In this document: piece after piece, positions 20,860 to 31,493 of the stretch
Layout: every line of letters starts with the position of its first letter
How positions within the stretch are numbered: position 1 is the first letter of the stretch
Origin: an uncultured Actinomycetes bacterium
Lineage (GTDB): Bacteria; Actinomycetota; Thermoleophilia; Gaiellales; Gaiellaceae
Reading direction: 5' to 3'
NCBI GenBank assembly: GCA_963814525.1
Contig: CAWFDH010000005.1
Coordinates: 88,786 to 152,785 of the forward strand
Length of the DNA stretch: 64,000 nucleotides
Made by a program: the position numbers and the translations under genes
Notes under the pieces: generated by a model
Databases searched by the model: none
Seen by the model: the letters and a program-made list of their open reading frames with translations, nothing else
What the model was told of the DNA's origin: nothing

Positions 20860-23026
20860 GTGAGCCGCTTCGTATCTGCGCTGGTCGTTCGGCTGCGCTG
20901 GCCGATCGTGCTCGCCTGGGTCGTCGCCGCCTGCGCGGTGGTCGTGTACCTGCCGAGCCTTCAGGAGGCCGGGGAGGAGACTTCGCTCCTCGGGCTCGTT
21001 CCCGCCGACGCGGCCGCGCTCGCCGCCGAGCGGCGGTCGGCTGAGCTCTTCGACGCGCCGGTCACGACGCAGACGCAGGTCGTCCAGCGCGATCCGGGTG
21101 GGCTCTCCGACGATGCGCTCGAGCGGGCCGGCAACCGGGCCCAGGCTGCGGAGGACGGCGAGTTCGGCTCGATCAAGGTCGTCCTTCCGCTCCCGAACGC
21201 GAAGGACGTCGTCCCGGCCTCGCGCGAGGACGGCACGACGATCGTGAACTACGTCTTCTTCGATCCGGCGGTCACCGGACTCTTCGAGCAGGAGCGCGAG
21301 ACCGCGAGCTTCGCCGCGACCGAGTTCGGCGAGGGCGACGCGCTCGTCGGGATCACCGGCGCCGCGGCCGCCCAGGTGGCCGAATGGCGCGCGATCGAGG
21401 ACGGCCTCCCATGGGTGACCGTCGCGACGATCCTGCTGATCGCCGTCGTCCTCGCGATCCACTTCCGCTCGCCGGTCACGCCGGCCGTGATCCTGGTCGG
21501 CGCCTCGGTCGCCTACGTCGTCTCGCTGCGCACGGTTGCGTGGATGGGCGACTGGATCGGGGTCACCATCCCGCGCGACGCCGAGCCGATCCTGGTGGTG
21601 CTCCTGCTCGGGGTCGTGACCGACTACGGGATCTTCTTCCTGCACGGGATGCGCGAGCAGCTGGACGCCGGCGCCGAGCGCGTCGACGCTGCCCAGGAGG
21701 CCACCGCTCAGTACCTGCCGATCGTGGTGACCGCCGGGCTGATCGTCGCGGGCGGAACCGCTGCGCTCATGGCCGGGCGGCTCGCGTTCTTCCGCGACTT
21801 CGGGCCGGGGATGGCGCTGACCGTGCTCGTGTCGCTCGTCGTCGCGATCACGCTCGTGCCGGCGCTCATGGCGATCCTCGGCCAGCGCGCGTTCTGGCCG
21901 CGCGGCCGCTCGGAGGAGAAGCCGGACGACCGGCCGAGCCGCGTCGCCTACTTCGTGACGGCGCGCCCGGTGGCGCTCGGCATCGCCGCCGTCGCCGTGG
22001 TCGGGCTCGTGCTCGCGGGACGCGGACTGCAGGAGACGCAGCTCGGCGTCACGCAGATCGCCGGCCTGCCGAGCGACTCGCAGCCGCGCCGCGCCCAGGA
22101 CGCGGCCGCCAAGGGCTTCGCTCCGGGGATCCTCTCGCCGACCGTCGTGCTCGTCGAGAACGCCGGGGATGCCGACGCGCTCGGCCGCTTCGGGCGTGCG
22201 CTGGCGGAGGAGCCGGGGGTCGCCGCTGCGATCGGGCCGTCCTCGGAGACCGACGAGCGGCTGCGCGGACTCCTCGTCACGGACGACGGTGACGCGGCGC
22301 GCTTCCTCGTGATCCTCGCCGAGGAGCCGCAGGGAGGGCCGGCGATCGAAGCCGTGGAGGCGCTCCGCGACCGGCTGCCAGACGCTGCTCGCGGACGCAG
22401 GGCTCGGCGGCTCGACTGCAAGCCTTGCGGGGGACACCGCACTCGCCCAGGAGACCGTGGACACGATCACGGACGACCTGATCCGCATCGGGATCGTCGC
22501 GTTCCTCGTCAACTTCGTCTTCCTCGCGATCTTCCTGCGGGCGATCGTCGCGCCGCTCTACCTGGTGCTCGCGTCGACGCTCGGTCTCGCGGCCACGATC
22601 GGCCTGACGACGCTCGTCTTCCAGGGCTTCCTCGGACACGGCGAGCTGACCTACCACGTGCCGTTCGCCGTGGCCGTGCTGCTGCTCTCGCTCGGATCGG
22701 ACTACAACGTGTTCCTCGTCGGGAGGATCTGGCAGGCGGCCGAGGACCAGCCGCTGCGCGAAGCGATCGCGACCGCGGCGCCGCGCGCCTCGCGGGCGAT
22801 CGGCGTGGCCGGCCTCGCACTGGCGCTCTCGTTCGCCACGCTCGCGTTCATCGATCTGCGGCAGTTCCGGGAGTTCGCGTTCGCGATGTGCGTCGGCGTC
22901 CTGATCGACGCCTTCGTCATCCGCGCGCTGCTCGTGCCCGCGCTCGTCTCCCTCTTCGGAGACCTGAGCTGGTGGCCGCGCTCGCGCAAGGCGGCCGGTG
23001 TTCGAGCCGCGCCCGAGCCGTCCTAG
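20860..23026 (+). CDS. MMPL/RND-superfamily membrane transporter (one frameshift near 22385)
   Basis: Two-module MMPL topology: LLLGVVTDYGIFFLHGMRE in the first half (ORF 20860..23070) and LLSLGSDYNVFLVGRIW plus the C-terminal TM bundle in ORF 22457..23026. Confidence 0.85.
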
Positions 23027-23066
23027 CGCTCGGACTTCCTAGCTGCCCGCCGAGGCCGGTTCAGGG

Positions 23067-24985
23067 TTGAACCGAACCGTCCGTCGGCGTACCTTCCTGG
23101 AGATGGAAGGACATCGCAGGCCAGCGACCGGATTGACGGCGGTAGTGCTCACCGCAGTGGCGCTGCTCGCGTTTGCGGGCGTGGCGCACGCCCAGCGAGC
23201 GCCGTCGACGGGAGACGGCGTCCCGACGGGCCAGATGGGCGCCCAGATGTTCAACTACGGCGGCTACCTCAACAACGGGGGGAGCATCGGCGCCGCCAAC
23301 CCCATCACGGGCGTCTCCGTCGACTGTCTGACCTCCACGACGACGCCCTGCCGGCGGGAACGGCTCGAGCGGCTCTTCGCCTACCTCCAGTTCAAGGGGG
23401 TCACGAACATCGAGCTGTTCGGCCATTCCGGCTTCCCCGCGACCACCGACATCCCGGGCCTGCAGGCGTACCGGTCCTTGCTGGACGAGTACGGTCTGCA
23501 CGCCGGCGGCTGGCACGGCGACATGAGCGAGGGCAACTGGGCCGCTCGCATCCTCGCGGGCAAGATCCTGGGCGTCGATTACCTCGGCTCGGGTGGCACG
23601 CCCGCCCCCGGCATCGCGACCTACGCGAACACGCTCGCGACCGCCGAGACGCTCAACCGGCTCGGCAAGCGGTCGGTCGAGGCAGGAGTGGGTCCGGCGT
23701 ACTTCCACAACCACCAGACTGGAGTTCACGACCCAGTACATGCACGACGGCGAGCTGACCACCGTCTTCGACATCCTCCTGGAGGAAACCGATCCCCGGT
23801 ACGTCGTGGCCGAGCTCGACGTGCTCTGGGCCGCCGACGCGTTGGGGGACATCACCGGCGCGCAGGTCGCCGCTCTCATCAACAAGTGGTACACGCCCGC
23901 GGCGGGTCAGACCCCGGCCTCGTCGCGCGTACAGCTGCTGCACATGAAAGACGGCATCAACATCGATGACGTCGGTAACGCCAGCCCGCGTGCCATCGGC
24001 ACGGGCGAGCTGGACTTCCTGCCCATCCTGGCCGCCGCCAAGGGCAAGGTTCGCTACTACCACCAGGAGCAGGACGGCGGAACGACCACCGACGCCGAGA
24101 CGAGCTTCAACAACCTGAAGGGCATCAACACGGCGGTCGTCCCGACGCTACTCGCGCTACCGCGGACGTTCCAGTCGGTGCGGCCGGGGGAGGAATCGCA
24201 GATCGTGGCGGTGCTCGTCGAAAACACCGGCGACGTTCCTCTGACCATCACCGACATCGCGGTCGAACAGCATGCGCTCGACGCGCCTTCTGCCGCGGAC
24301 TTCCACATCGTCGGCGAGAACTGCACGGCTGCCGGCGGCGGTGGACCCTTGTGGACGCGCGGCATCTGCGTGGTGAACGTCGTCTTCGAACCTCTGCGTT
24401 CGACCGCGACGTCGGTCGCCCGCCTGCAGTTCACGTCGAACTCGGATGACGCGGCGAACAGCGTGCTGCTTGCGGCCACGAGCCTGAACAACCTGCCGGT
24501 CGTCACGAAGCCGGCCAATCAGGCGGCGTCACGCGGCGTCGGCAAGTTCTTCTCGCTGGGCTCGTTCACCGACCTCGGCGCCGACGGTCCCTGGAACGTC
24601 GAGGTCGACTGGGGCGACGGCAGCCCGCACACGCTCTCCCTCGCCTCCGCGCCGGGAGCCCTCGGCCTCGCGTCACACGTCTACGCGGCTTCGGGAACCT
24701 ACGCCGTCGTCGTCAAGGTGACGGACGAGGACCTGGACTTCGGGCAGGCGTCGTTCCAGATCAAGGTCACGCCCCAGTGTGTCGTTCCCAAGCTCCGGAA
24801 CAAGACCCTCAGCGCCGCGAAGAGCGCCCTCCGCGCCGCGAACTGCCAGCTCGGGAAGGTGACGACGGCCTTTTCGAGCACGATCAAGAAGGGCCGCGTC
24901 ATCAAGCAGGCGAAGGCGCCGGGCGCCCGCCTCGCCGAACGGGACGAAGATCGGCCTGACGATCAGCAAGGGCCGTCGGCCCTAG
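23067..24985 (+). CDS. secreted multidomain protein: xylose-isomerase-like TIM barrel + beta-sandwich + PKD + PASTA (frameshifts near 23705 and 24930)
   Basis: Tat-like signal (RRRTFLE...AFAGVAHA-Q). TIM-barrel motifs FHNHQ-EF, ELDVLW, LLHMKD, GELDF, YHQEQD. A Thr/Val-rich sandwich region (LVENTGDVPLTITDI). PKD motif VDWGDGS...YAASGTYAVVVKVTD. C-terminal PASTA (CVVPKLRNKTLSAAKSALRAANCQLGKV...GRVIKQ...GTKIGLTISKGRRP). Confidence 0.7.
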
Positions 24986-25044
24986 GCGGCCGCGGGCGAA
25001 ACCGAAGCAACAGGCTCACTCGCGACGATTAGTAGGCTCGCCTG

Positions 25045-25398
25045 GTGAGCTCTTGGTTCCCAGCCTCTCTTCGCCGCCGGCGGCTCCCGAGGCCCGAGCC
25101 GGTCGAGACGGAGATTGAGCGCCGCGTCGATGCAGTGCTCGACTCGCTCGCCGGCGAGCGGAACGCCGAGCCGCTCTGGATCGAGGTTCGCCGACTCGTC
25201 GGGAACGAGCTGACCGTGCTCTGGCGCGACGGGAAGCTCCAGGGGAAGAAGCTCGAGGAGGCGTTCTTCGTGCGCTGCGACCGGACGACGATGACTCAGG
25301 CCGATCTCGATGCCGGGCGGCTCGTCGTGCTGGTCGGGTTCGCGCCGGTCAAGCCCGCCGAGTTCGTGATCTTGCGCTTCCAGCGTCCGCGCGGCTAG
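25045..25398 (+). CDS. stand-alone contractile-tail sheath C-terminal-domain-like protein (gene remnant or mini-protein)
   Basis: Intact 117-aa ORF containing ...EPLWIEVRRLVGNELTVLWRDGKLQGKKLEEAFFVRCDRTTMTQADLDAGRLVVLVGFAPVKPAEFVILRF. From memory this closely matches the conserved C-terminus of phage and eCIS tail sheath proteins (AFFV.CD..TMTQ.D.D.GRL....G.AP.KPAEFVI.RI). Confidence 0.6.
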   Translation: MSSWFPASLRRRRLPRPEPVETEIERRVDAVLDSLAGERNAEPLWIEVRRLVGNELTVLWRDGKLQGKKLEEAFFVRCDRTTMTQADLDAGRLVVLVGFAPVKPAEFVILRFQRPRG

Positions 25399-27548
25399 CG
25401 CGCCCGCGCGGGCCCCGGCGCCTCGTGCGGGCCGCCCTCGACCTCCATGTGCGGCAGCCAGTCGAGCCAGCGCGGGAGGTACCAGTTCCACTTGCCGAGG
25501 ATGGTCATCGCCGCCGGCACGAGGACGGAGCGGACGATCGTCGCGTCGATGAGGAGCGCGATCGCGATCCCGAAGCCCATCTGCTGGAACATGACGAGCT
25601 CGCCCATCGCGAAGCCGAGGAAGACCGCGACGATGATCAGCGCGGCGCCGGTGATGATCCGCGCGGTCGAGCGTGATCCCGAACTCGATCGCGTCGTTCG
25701 TGTCGCCGGTCTGCGAGTAGCGCTCGCGGATGCGGCTGAGCAGGAACACCTGGTAGTCCATCGAGAGCCCGAACAGGACCGCGAAGAGGAAGAGCGGCAC
25801 CCAGGCCTCGACGATGTCCACCTGCTGGAAGCCGAGAAGGCCGGTGCCGATGCCGTGCTGGAAGACGAGCACGAGCAGCCCGTAGGTCGCGCCGACCGAG
25901 AGCAGGTTCAGCAGGATCGCCGTGCCCGCGATGACGATCGAGCGGAACGCGACCGTCAGCAGCACGAAGCTGAGGCCGAGCACGAACACGAGCACGATCG
26001 GCAGCCAGTGGTTCATCACGTCGAAGTAGTCGATGTTCTCGGCGGTCGTGCCGCCGACGAGCACCGTGGCGTCGGTTCCCTCGAACGCGGCGGGGACGAT
26101 ACTCGCTCGCGCAGCCGCTTCGACCGCGTCGACGGCCTGGTCCGAGAGCGGATCGGCCGAGACCGGGACGCTGATCACCGCGACGCCGTCGCCCTCGTTC
26201 GACCGTCGGGTCGCCGAATGCGTCGTCGGCGGCGAGCTCGTCCTCGAGCCGCTCGATGCCCTGCGCCGTCGGTTCGCCCTGGACGACGATGCGAGCGGGA
26301 TCCGATCCCGCGCCCGGGAACGACTTCTCGAGCGCGAGGAAGCCCTGCTTGGAGACGAGCGAGTCGGGGAGCGTGCTGACGCCGGCGGCGCCGATGTTCA
26401 TGCTGAACACGGGCAGCGCGGCCGCGACGAGCAGTCCGGCGGCGACCGCGAAGGAGAGCACCGGCCGTCGCATGACGCGGCGGACGATCGTGCCCCAGAA
26501 GCGGCTCTCCTGCACCTCGCCCTCGTCGAGCTCACGGGCGATGAACGGGATGCGCAGGCGGTTCACGCGGTCGCCGAGCAGGCTCAGCACGGCCGGGAGG
26601 AGCGTGATCGCGGCGACGACCGAGACGATGCCGACGAGGATCGCGCCGGTGGCGAGCGAGCGCATGATCGTGTTCTGGACGAGCAGCAGGCCGCACATCG
26701 CGAGCACGAACGCGCTGCCGCTGAAGAGCACCGCGCGGCTGGCCGTGGCGCCGGTGGCGGCGATCGCCTCGGTCTTCTCGCGGCCGCGCGCTCCGCTCCT
26801 CGCGGAAGCGGGAGACGACGAAGAGCGCGTAGTCGATCCCGAGCGCGAGGCCCATCCCCGTGAGCATGTTCACGACGAAGAACGAGAGCGCCCACTGCTG
26901 GCCGACGATCGCGGTCAGGCCGAGCGCGACGATGATCGAGACGATCGCGAGCAGGAGCGGAATCGTCGCGGCGACGGCGGCCCCGAAGACGAGCAGCAGG
27001 ATGATCAGCGCCGCCGGGAGCCCGTAGCGCAGCTCGCCCTTCTGGAGGTCGCTCTCCGAGAGCTTCTCGAAGTCGCGGTCGATCGTGTTCGAGCCGGTGA
27101 CGCGCGACCTCGAAGCCGTCTTGGCCGTCGAACTCGTCGACGAAGGCGTAGCAGATCCGTCGAGCGGCTTCTTCCTCGTCGCCGTTGAGCTCGATGGGCA
27201 GCATGACCGCGTGCTGATCTGCTGAGACCGTCGCATCTCCGACGCCGATCGCCTCGAGCGAACTCAGCGCTGCGTAAATCGGCATCGACTCATCCCAGTG
27301 CCTCGGACGTCAACTCCTCGTTCCTGACCACTAGGAGCTCGGTCGCCTGGGCCTGGTGCGGCAGCGACTCGCCGGCGAGTCGTTCAGCCCGCAGCGACTC
27401 GGGGTTGTTCGTGACCGTGGCCTCGCTCGTCAGGCCGTCTCCGAGGAACATGCCCGACGACCACGAACGCGACGACGATCGCGGCGATCCAGGCTCCGAT
27501 CGTCCGCCACGGATGCGCCGCGGCTGCGCGGGCGAGGCGCTCGGTCAT
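25395..27548 (-). pseudogene. MMPL/RND-superfamily membrane transporter, at least 5 frame changes
   Basis: Homology runs through six frame segments:
1. MTERLARAAAAHPWRTIGAWIAAIVV, from ATG 27548.
2. ORF 26584..27285.
3. ORF 26532..27236 (GLALGIDYALFVVSRFREE).
4. ORF 25637..26731.
5. ORF 24982..26178 (GLSMDYQVFLLSRIRE).
6. ORF 25395..25607. Confidence 0.75.
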
Positions 27549-27599
27549 GCCACTGTTCTAACAAAGCCCCGCCCGGCCGAAGGGTGGTAGCGTCACATC

Positions 27600-28842
27600 G
27601 TGGGCTCCGAGGGGTATTCCGCGGCTTCACTCGTGCTCGTGGGAGCCTCCCACCGCACCGCTTCGCTCGACCTGCGTGAGCGGTTGCATTTGGCTCCGGA
27701 TGCGGCGTTCGAGGTCGTCGCTCGGCTCGCGGAGGACGGTCTCGAGGCGGTCGTCCTGTCGACCTGCAACCGCACCGAGCTGTACGTCGCAAGTGACGAT
27801 CCGGACGTTGCCGCGGCACGTGCCCGGGCCGTGCTCGGCGACGCCGACTTCCTCATGGAGCTGCGCGGCGTCGACGCGGCGCTGCATCTCTTCCGCGTCG
27901 CCGCGGGGCTCGACTCGTTGCTACCGGGCGAGTCGCAGATCCTCGGCCAGGTGCGCGAGGCCTACGAGCTCGCTGCCCAGGCCGATGCGACCGGGCCGGT
28001 GCTCAGCCGTGCGTTCGAGCTGGCGCTCCATGCGGGCAAGCGCGTCCGGCACGAGACCGGGGTGGGGACGCTGCCCGCCGCGATTCCCGCCGCTGCTGCG
28101 GCGCTCGCGCGAGCGGACGGTCGGACCGCTCGCCGGCAAGCGGATCCTCCTGATCGGCGCCGGGAAGATGGGCTCGCTCGCGGCAACCAGCTTTCTGGAA
28201 CGCGGAGCCGAGAAGGTCTTCGTCGCGAACCACCGGATCGAGCGCGCCGAGAAGCTCGCCACGCAGTTCGGGGGCGAAGCGGTTCCCTGGGATCGGATCA
28301 CCGAGGAGCTCGAGCGCGCCGACGTGGTGCTCAGCTCGACGCGCTGCCCGGTCGTGATCCTCCACGCGGAGCAGGTCGAGGCGGCGCTTCGGGCTCGCGC
28401 CGGACGGCCGCTCCTGCTGGTCGACATCGCCGTCCCGCGCGACCTCGATCCGGCGATCGCCGACTTGCCCGGCTGCCGGCTCTACGACCTCGATGCGCTC
28501 GGGCCGGAGGCGGGCGACGCGATCGCTCACCAGGAGCAGCAGGTCGCAGCCGCCGAGGACGTCGTCCGCGAGGAGGCGGTCGAGTTCGGCGCGTGGCTCG
28601 CGTCGCTCGAGGTCGCGCCGATCGTGGCCGCGCTGCGCCAGCGGGCGGACGAGATCCGCGCCAACGAGCTGGCCCGTGCGCAAGGTCGGCTCGGCGGGCT
28701 CAGCGACGCCGAGCGCCGGTCGGTGGAGACGCTGACCGCGCAGATCGTCTCGAAGCTCCTCCACGAGCCGACGGTGCGGATGAAGGAAGGCCCGCCCGAG
28801 CACGCCGAGGCCGTCCGCGAGCTGTTCGCGCTGGATGACTGA
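27600..28842 (+). CDS. hemA: glutamyl-tRNA reductase (one frameshift near 28110)
   Basis: [20 protein letters not shown] and GESQILGQV are in ORF 27600..28838. LIGAGKMG and the dimerisation helix are in ORF 27676..28842. Confidence 0.88.
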
Positions 28843-30069
28843 CCTGTACCGGCGCGCCCTGGCGCGCATCCCCGGCGGCGTCAACTCGCCCGTGCGGGCG
28901 ATGCGGGCGGTCGGGCTCGACGCGCCGCTCTTCGCCGAGCGCGGGGCGGGCGCATTTCTCGAAACGGCGGACGGGGCGCGCTACGTGGACTGGGTCATGT
29001 CGTGGGGGCCGCTGCTCTTCGGGCACGCCGATCCCGAGACCGTGCGCGCCGTGACCGCGGCGGCCGAGGACGGCACGACCTTCGGCGTCTCGACGCGCGC
29101 CGAGGTCGAGCTCGCCGAGGAGATCTGCGACGCGGTGCCGTCGATCGAGATGGTGCGGCTCGTCTCCTCGGGCACGGAGGCGACGATGAGCGCGCTGCGG
29201 CTCGCCCGGGCGGCGACCGGGCGCGACCGGATCGTCAAGTTCGCCGGCGGCTATCACGGACATGTCGACGCGCTGCTCGCCGAGGCGGGCTCGGGCGTCG
29301 AGACGCTGGGGATCCCGTCGACGCCCGGCGTCCCCGCGGCGGTCGCCGCGGACACCGTGGTCGCGCCGTACAACGTCGTTCCCTCGCTCGACGCGTCGGT
29401 CGGCGGCCGTGATCGTCGAGCCGGTCGCCGGGAACATGGGCGTCGTTCCGCCCGAGCCCGGGTTCCTCGAAGGCCTGCGGGCCGAGTGCGACCGCGTCGG
29501 CGCGCTGCTCGTGTTCGACGAGGTGATCACCGGCTTCCGTGTCGCTCGCGGCGGGGCGCAGGAGCGGTTCGGCGTGCGGCCCGACCTGACCGTTCTCGGA
29601 AAGATCGTCGGCGGCGGTCTCCCGGTCGGCGCGTTCGGCGGCCGGCGCGACCTGATGGAGCTGCTCGCGCCGGCGGGCGACGTGTACCAGGCGGGGACGC
29701 TCTCCGGAAACCCGCTCGCGACCGCGGCCGGGCTCTCGGTGCTGCGGCGGCTGCGCGACCCCGGGGTGTACGAGGAGCTCGAGGCGCGCTCGGCGCGGCT
29801 GGCCGACGGGCTCGCTTCGTCGGGCGCCTGCGTGCAGCGCGTCGGCGCGATGCTGACGCTCTTCTGCCAGGCGGGCCCGGTGCGGAATCTGGAGGAAGCC
29901 CGTGCGAGCGACACGGAGCAGTTCGCCGCGCTCTTCCGCCATCTGCTGGAGCGCGGCATCTACATCGCGCCCTCCCAGTTCGAGGCGTGGTTCGTCTCAC
30001 TCGCCCACGGCGATGACCGAGATCGACCGGACCGTCGAAGCGGTCGCCGAGTTCTTCGCTGTGGACTGA
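28835..30069 (+). CDS. hemL: glutamate-1-semialdehyde 2,1-aminomutase (frameshifts near 29400 and 30015)
   Basis: [25 protein letters not shown] and GGYHGH are in ORF 28835..30016. [20 protein letters not shown] and [10 protein letters not shown] are in ORF 29262..30122. The corrected C-terminus ...[20 protein letters not shown] stops near 30069. Its start overlaps the hemA end by 8 nt. Confidence 0.88.
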
Positions 30070-30192
30070 TCGGCACGGATCCGGCGCATTCGGCGCCAGA
30101 CACGTGCGACTTTCCGTCTTAGGCTTTACGCCGTAGGCGGGCGGGATCGGGAACCCGATGTCACACGCGCGCAGGAGTGCTCTTAGGACGGC

Positions 30193-31459
30193 TCAGGATT
30201 CATGCGCCAGGAGATCCTCCACCGTCTCGCGGCGGCGGATCTCTCTCGCTTCGCCGCCCGCGACCAGCACCGCTGCCGGGCGCGGGACTGCGTTGTACTG
30301 CGACGCCATCGCGAGCGTGTACGCGCCCGTCGCCGGAACCGCCAGGACGTCGCCGCGCCGCGGCTCCGGCAGCGGCACGCCCGACGCCAGCACGTCGCCC
30401 GACTCGCAGTGCTTGCCGGCGACGGTGTAGAGCCCGTCCGGCTCCGCGTCGAAGCGACCGGCCACCGCCACCGCCGGCTCCGCGTCGTAGAGCTGCGGGC
30501 GCGGGTTGTCCGACATGCCGCCGTCGATCGCCACGTACGTCGTCGCTTCCGACGCCTGCTTGACGACGCCGACGCGGTAGAGCGTCACGCCGGCGGGCCC
30601 GACGACCGACCGCCCGGGCTCGACGATGAGCTCCGGCTCCGGCAAGCCCGGCCGCCGCCCACCGATCCGCCACACGGCCGCGCACGACACCCACGAACTC
30701 GGCGATCCCGGGAACGGAATCGTCGGGGCGGTACCGGATCCCGAGCCCGCCGCCCACGTCGAGGATGCGCGGCGTCCAGTCGAGCTCCGCGCGGCACGAC
30801 GCCGAGAACTCCGCCGCCCAGTCCACGCTCGCCCGCGCCGAGTCCGTGTCCCGAAGCTGCGAGCCGAGGTGCACGTGGATGCCCGCGACGTCGAGCCCGG
30901 CGCTCAGCGCGTCGGCGATCGCCGCGGCCGCCGACTCCGGCGGCAGCCCGAACTTCGAGCCGTGGTGGGCCGTGCGGATCGAGGCGTGCGTGTCGACGTC
31001 GATCCCCGGCGTCACGCGCACGAGCACGCGCCGGACGCCTGTCGAGACCGCGCGCTCGACCTCGTCCGCCGCGTCGAGCACCACGTACGCAACGTCGGCC
31101 GCCGCTTGCAGCTCCTCGTCGCTCTTGTTGTTGCCGTGCATGACGATCCGCTCCGCGGGAACGCCGGCCCGCCGAGCGAAGGCGAGCTCACCGAGCGTCG
31201 AGACGTCCGCGCCCAGGCCCTCCTCCGCAAGGCGGGAGATCACGGCCACGTTGGGGAACGCCTTGACGCTGTACGCGACGAGCGCGTCCGGCGCGGCCGC
31301 GCGGTAGGCCCGCGCCCGAGCGACCAGCGTCTCCTCGCAGTAGACGACGAGCGGCGTCCCGAAGCGCTCAGCGAGCTCGGACGCCCGCAGACCGCCGAGC
31401 GTCAGCTCGCCGTCTGAGACCGAGGCCGAGTCGGGGAAGAGATCGAGCACTGCTCGCAT
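30193..31459 (-). CDS. lysA: diaminopimelate decarboxylase (one frameshift near 30670)
   Basis: From MRAVLDLFPD...: YSVKAF (PLP-Lys context), HGNNKS, HVHLGSQ and DVGGGLG are in ORF 30200..31486. EPGRSVVG, AGKHCESGD and GAYTLAMASQYN are in ORF 30193..30690. Confidence 0.88.
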
Positions 31460-31493
31460 CTTGGCCCGCCCGCGCGGACCGTGCACGCCTGAG

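Noticed and set aside
20693-27548. Possible genomic island integrated at tRNA-Gly (MMPL, secreted protein, sheath fragment, MMPL)
   Set aside because: There is no integrase or recombinase. The only repeat of the tRNA 3' end is a 9-nt GTTCGAGCC match near 23000, which is expected by chance. Composition is not visibly different. The two MMPL genes are divergent paralogs, not recent inverted duplicates.
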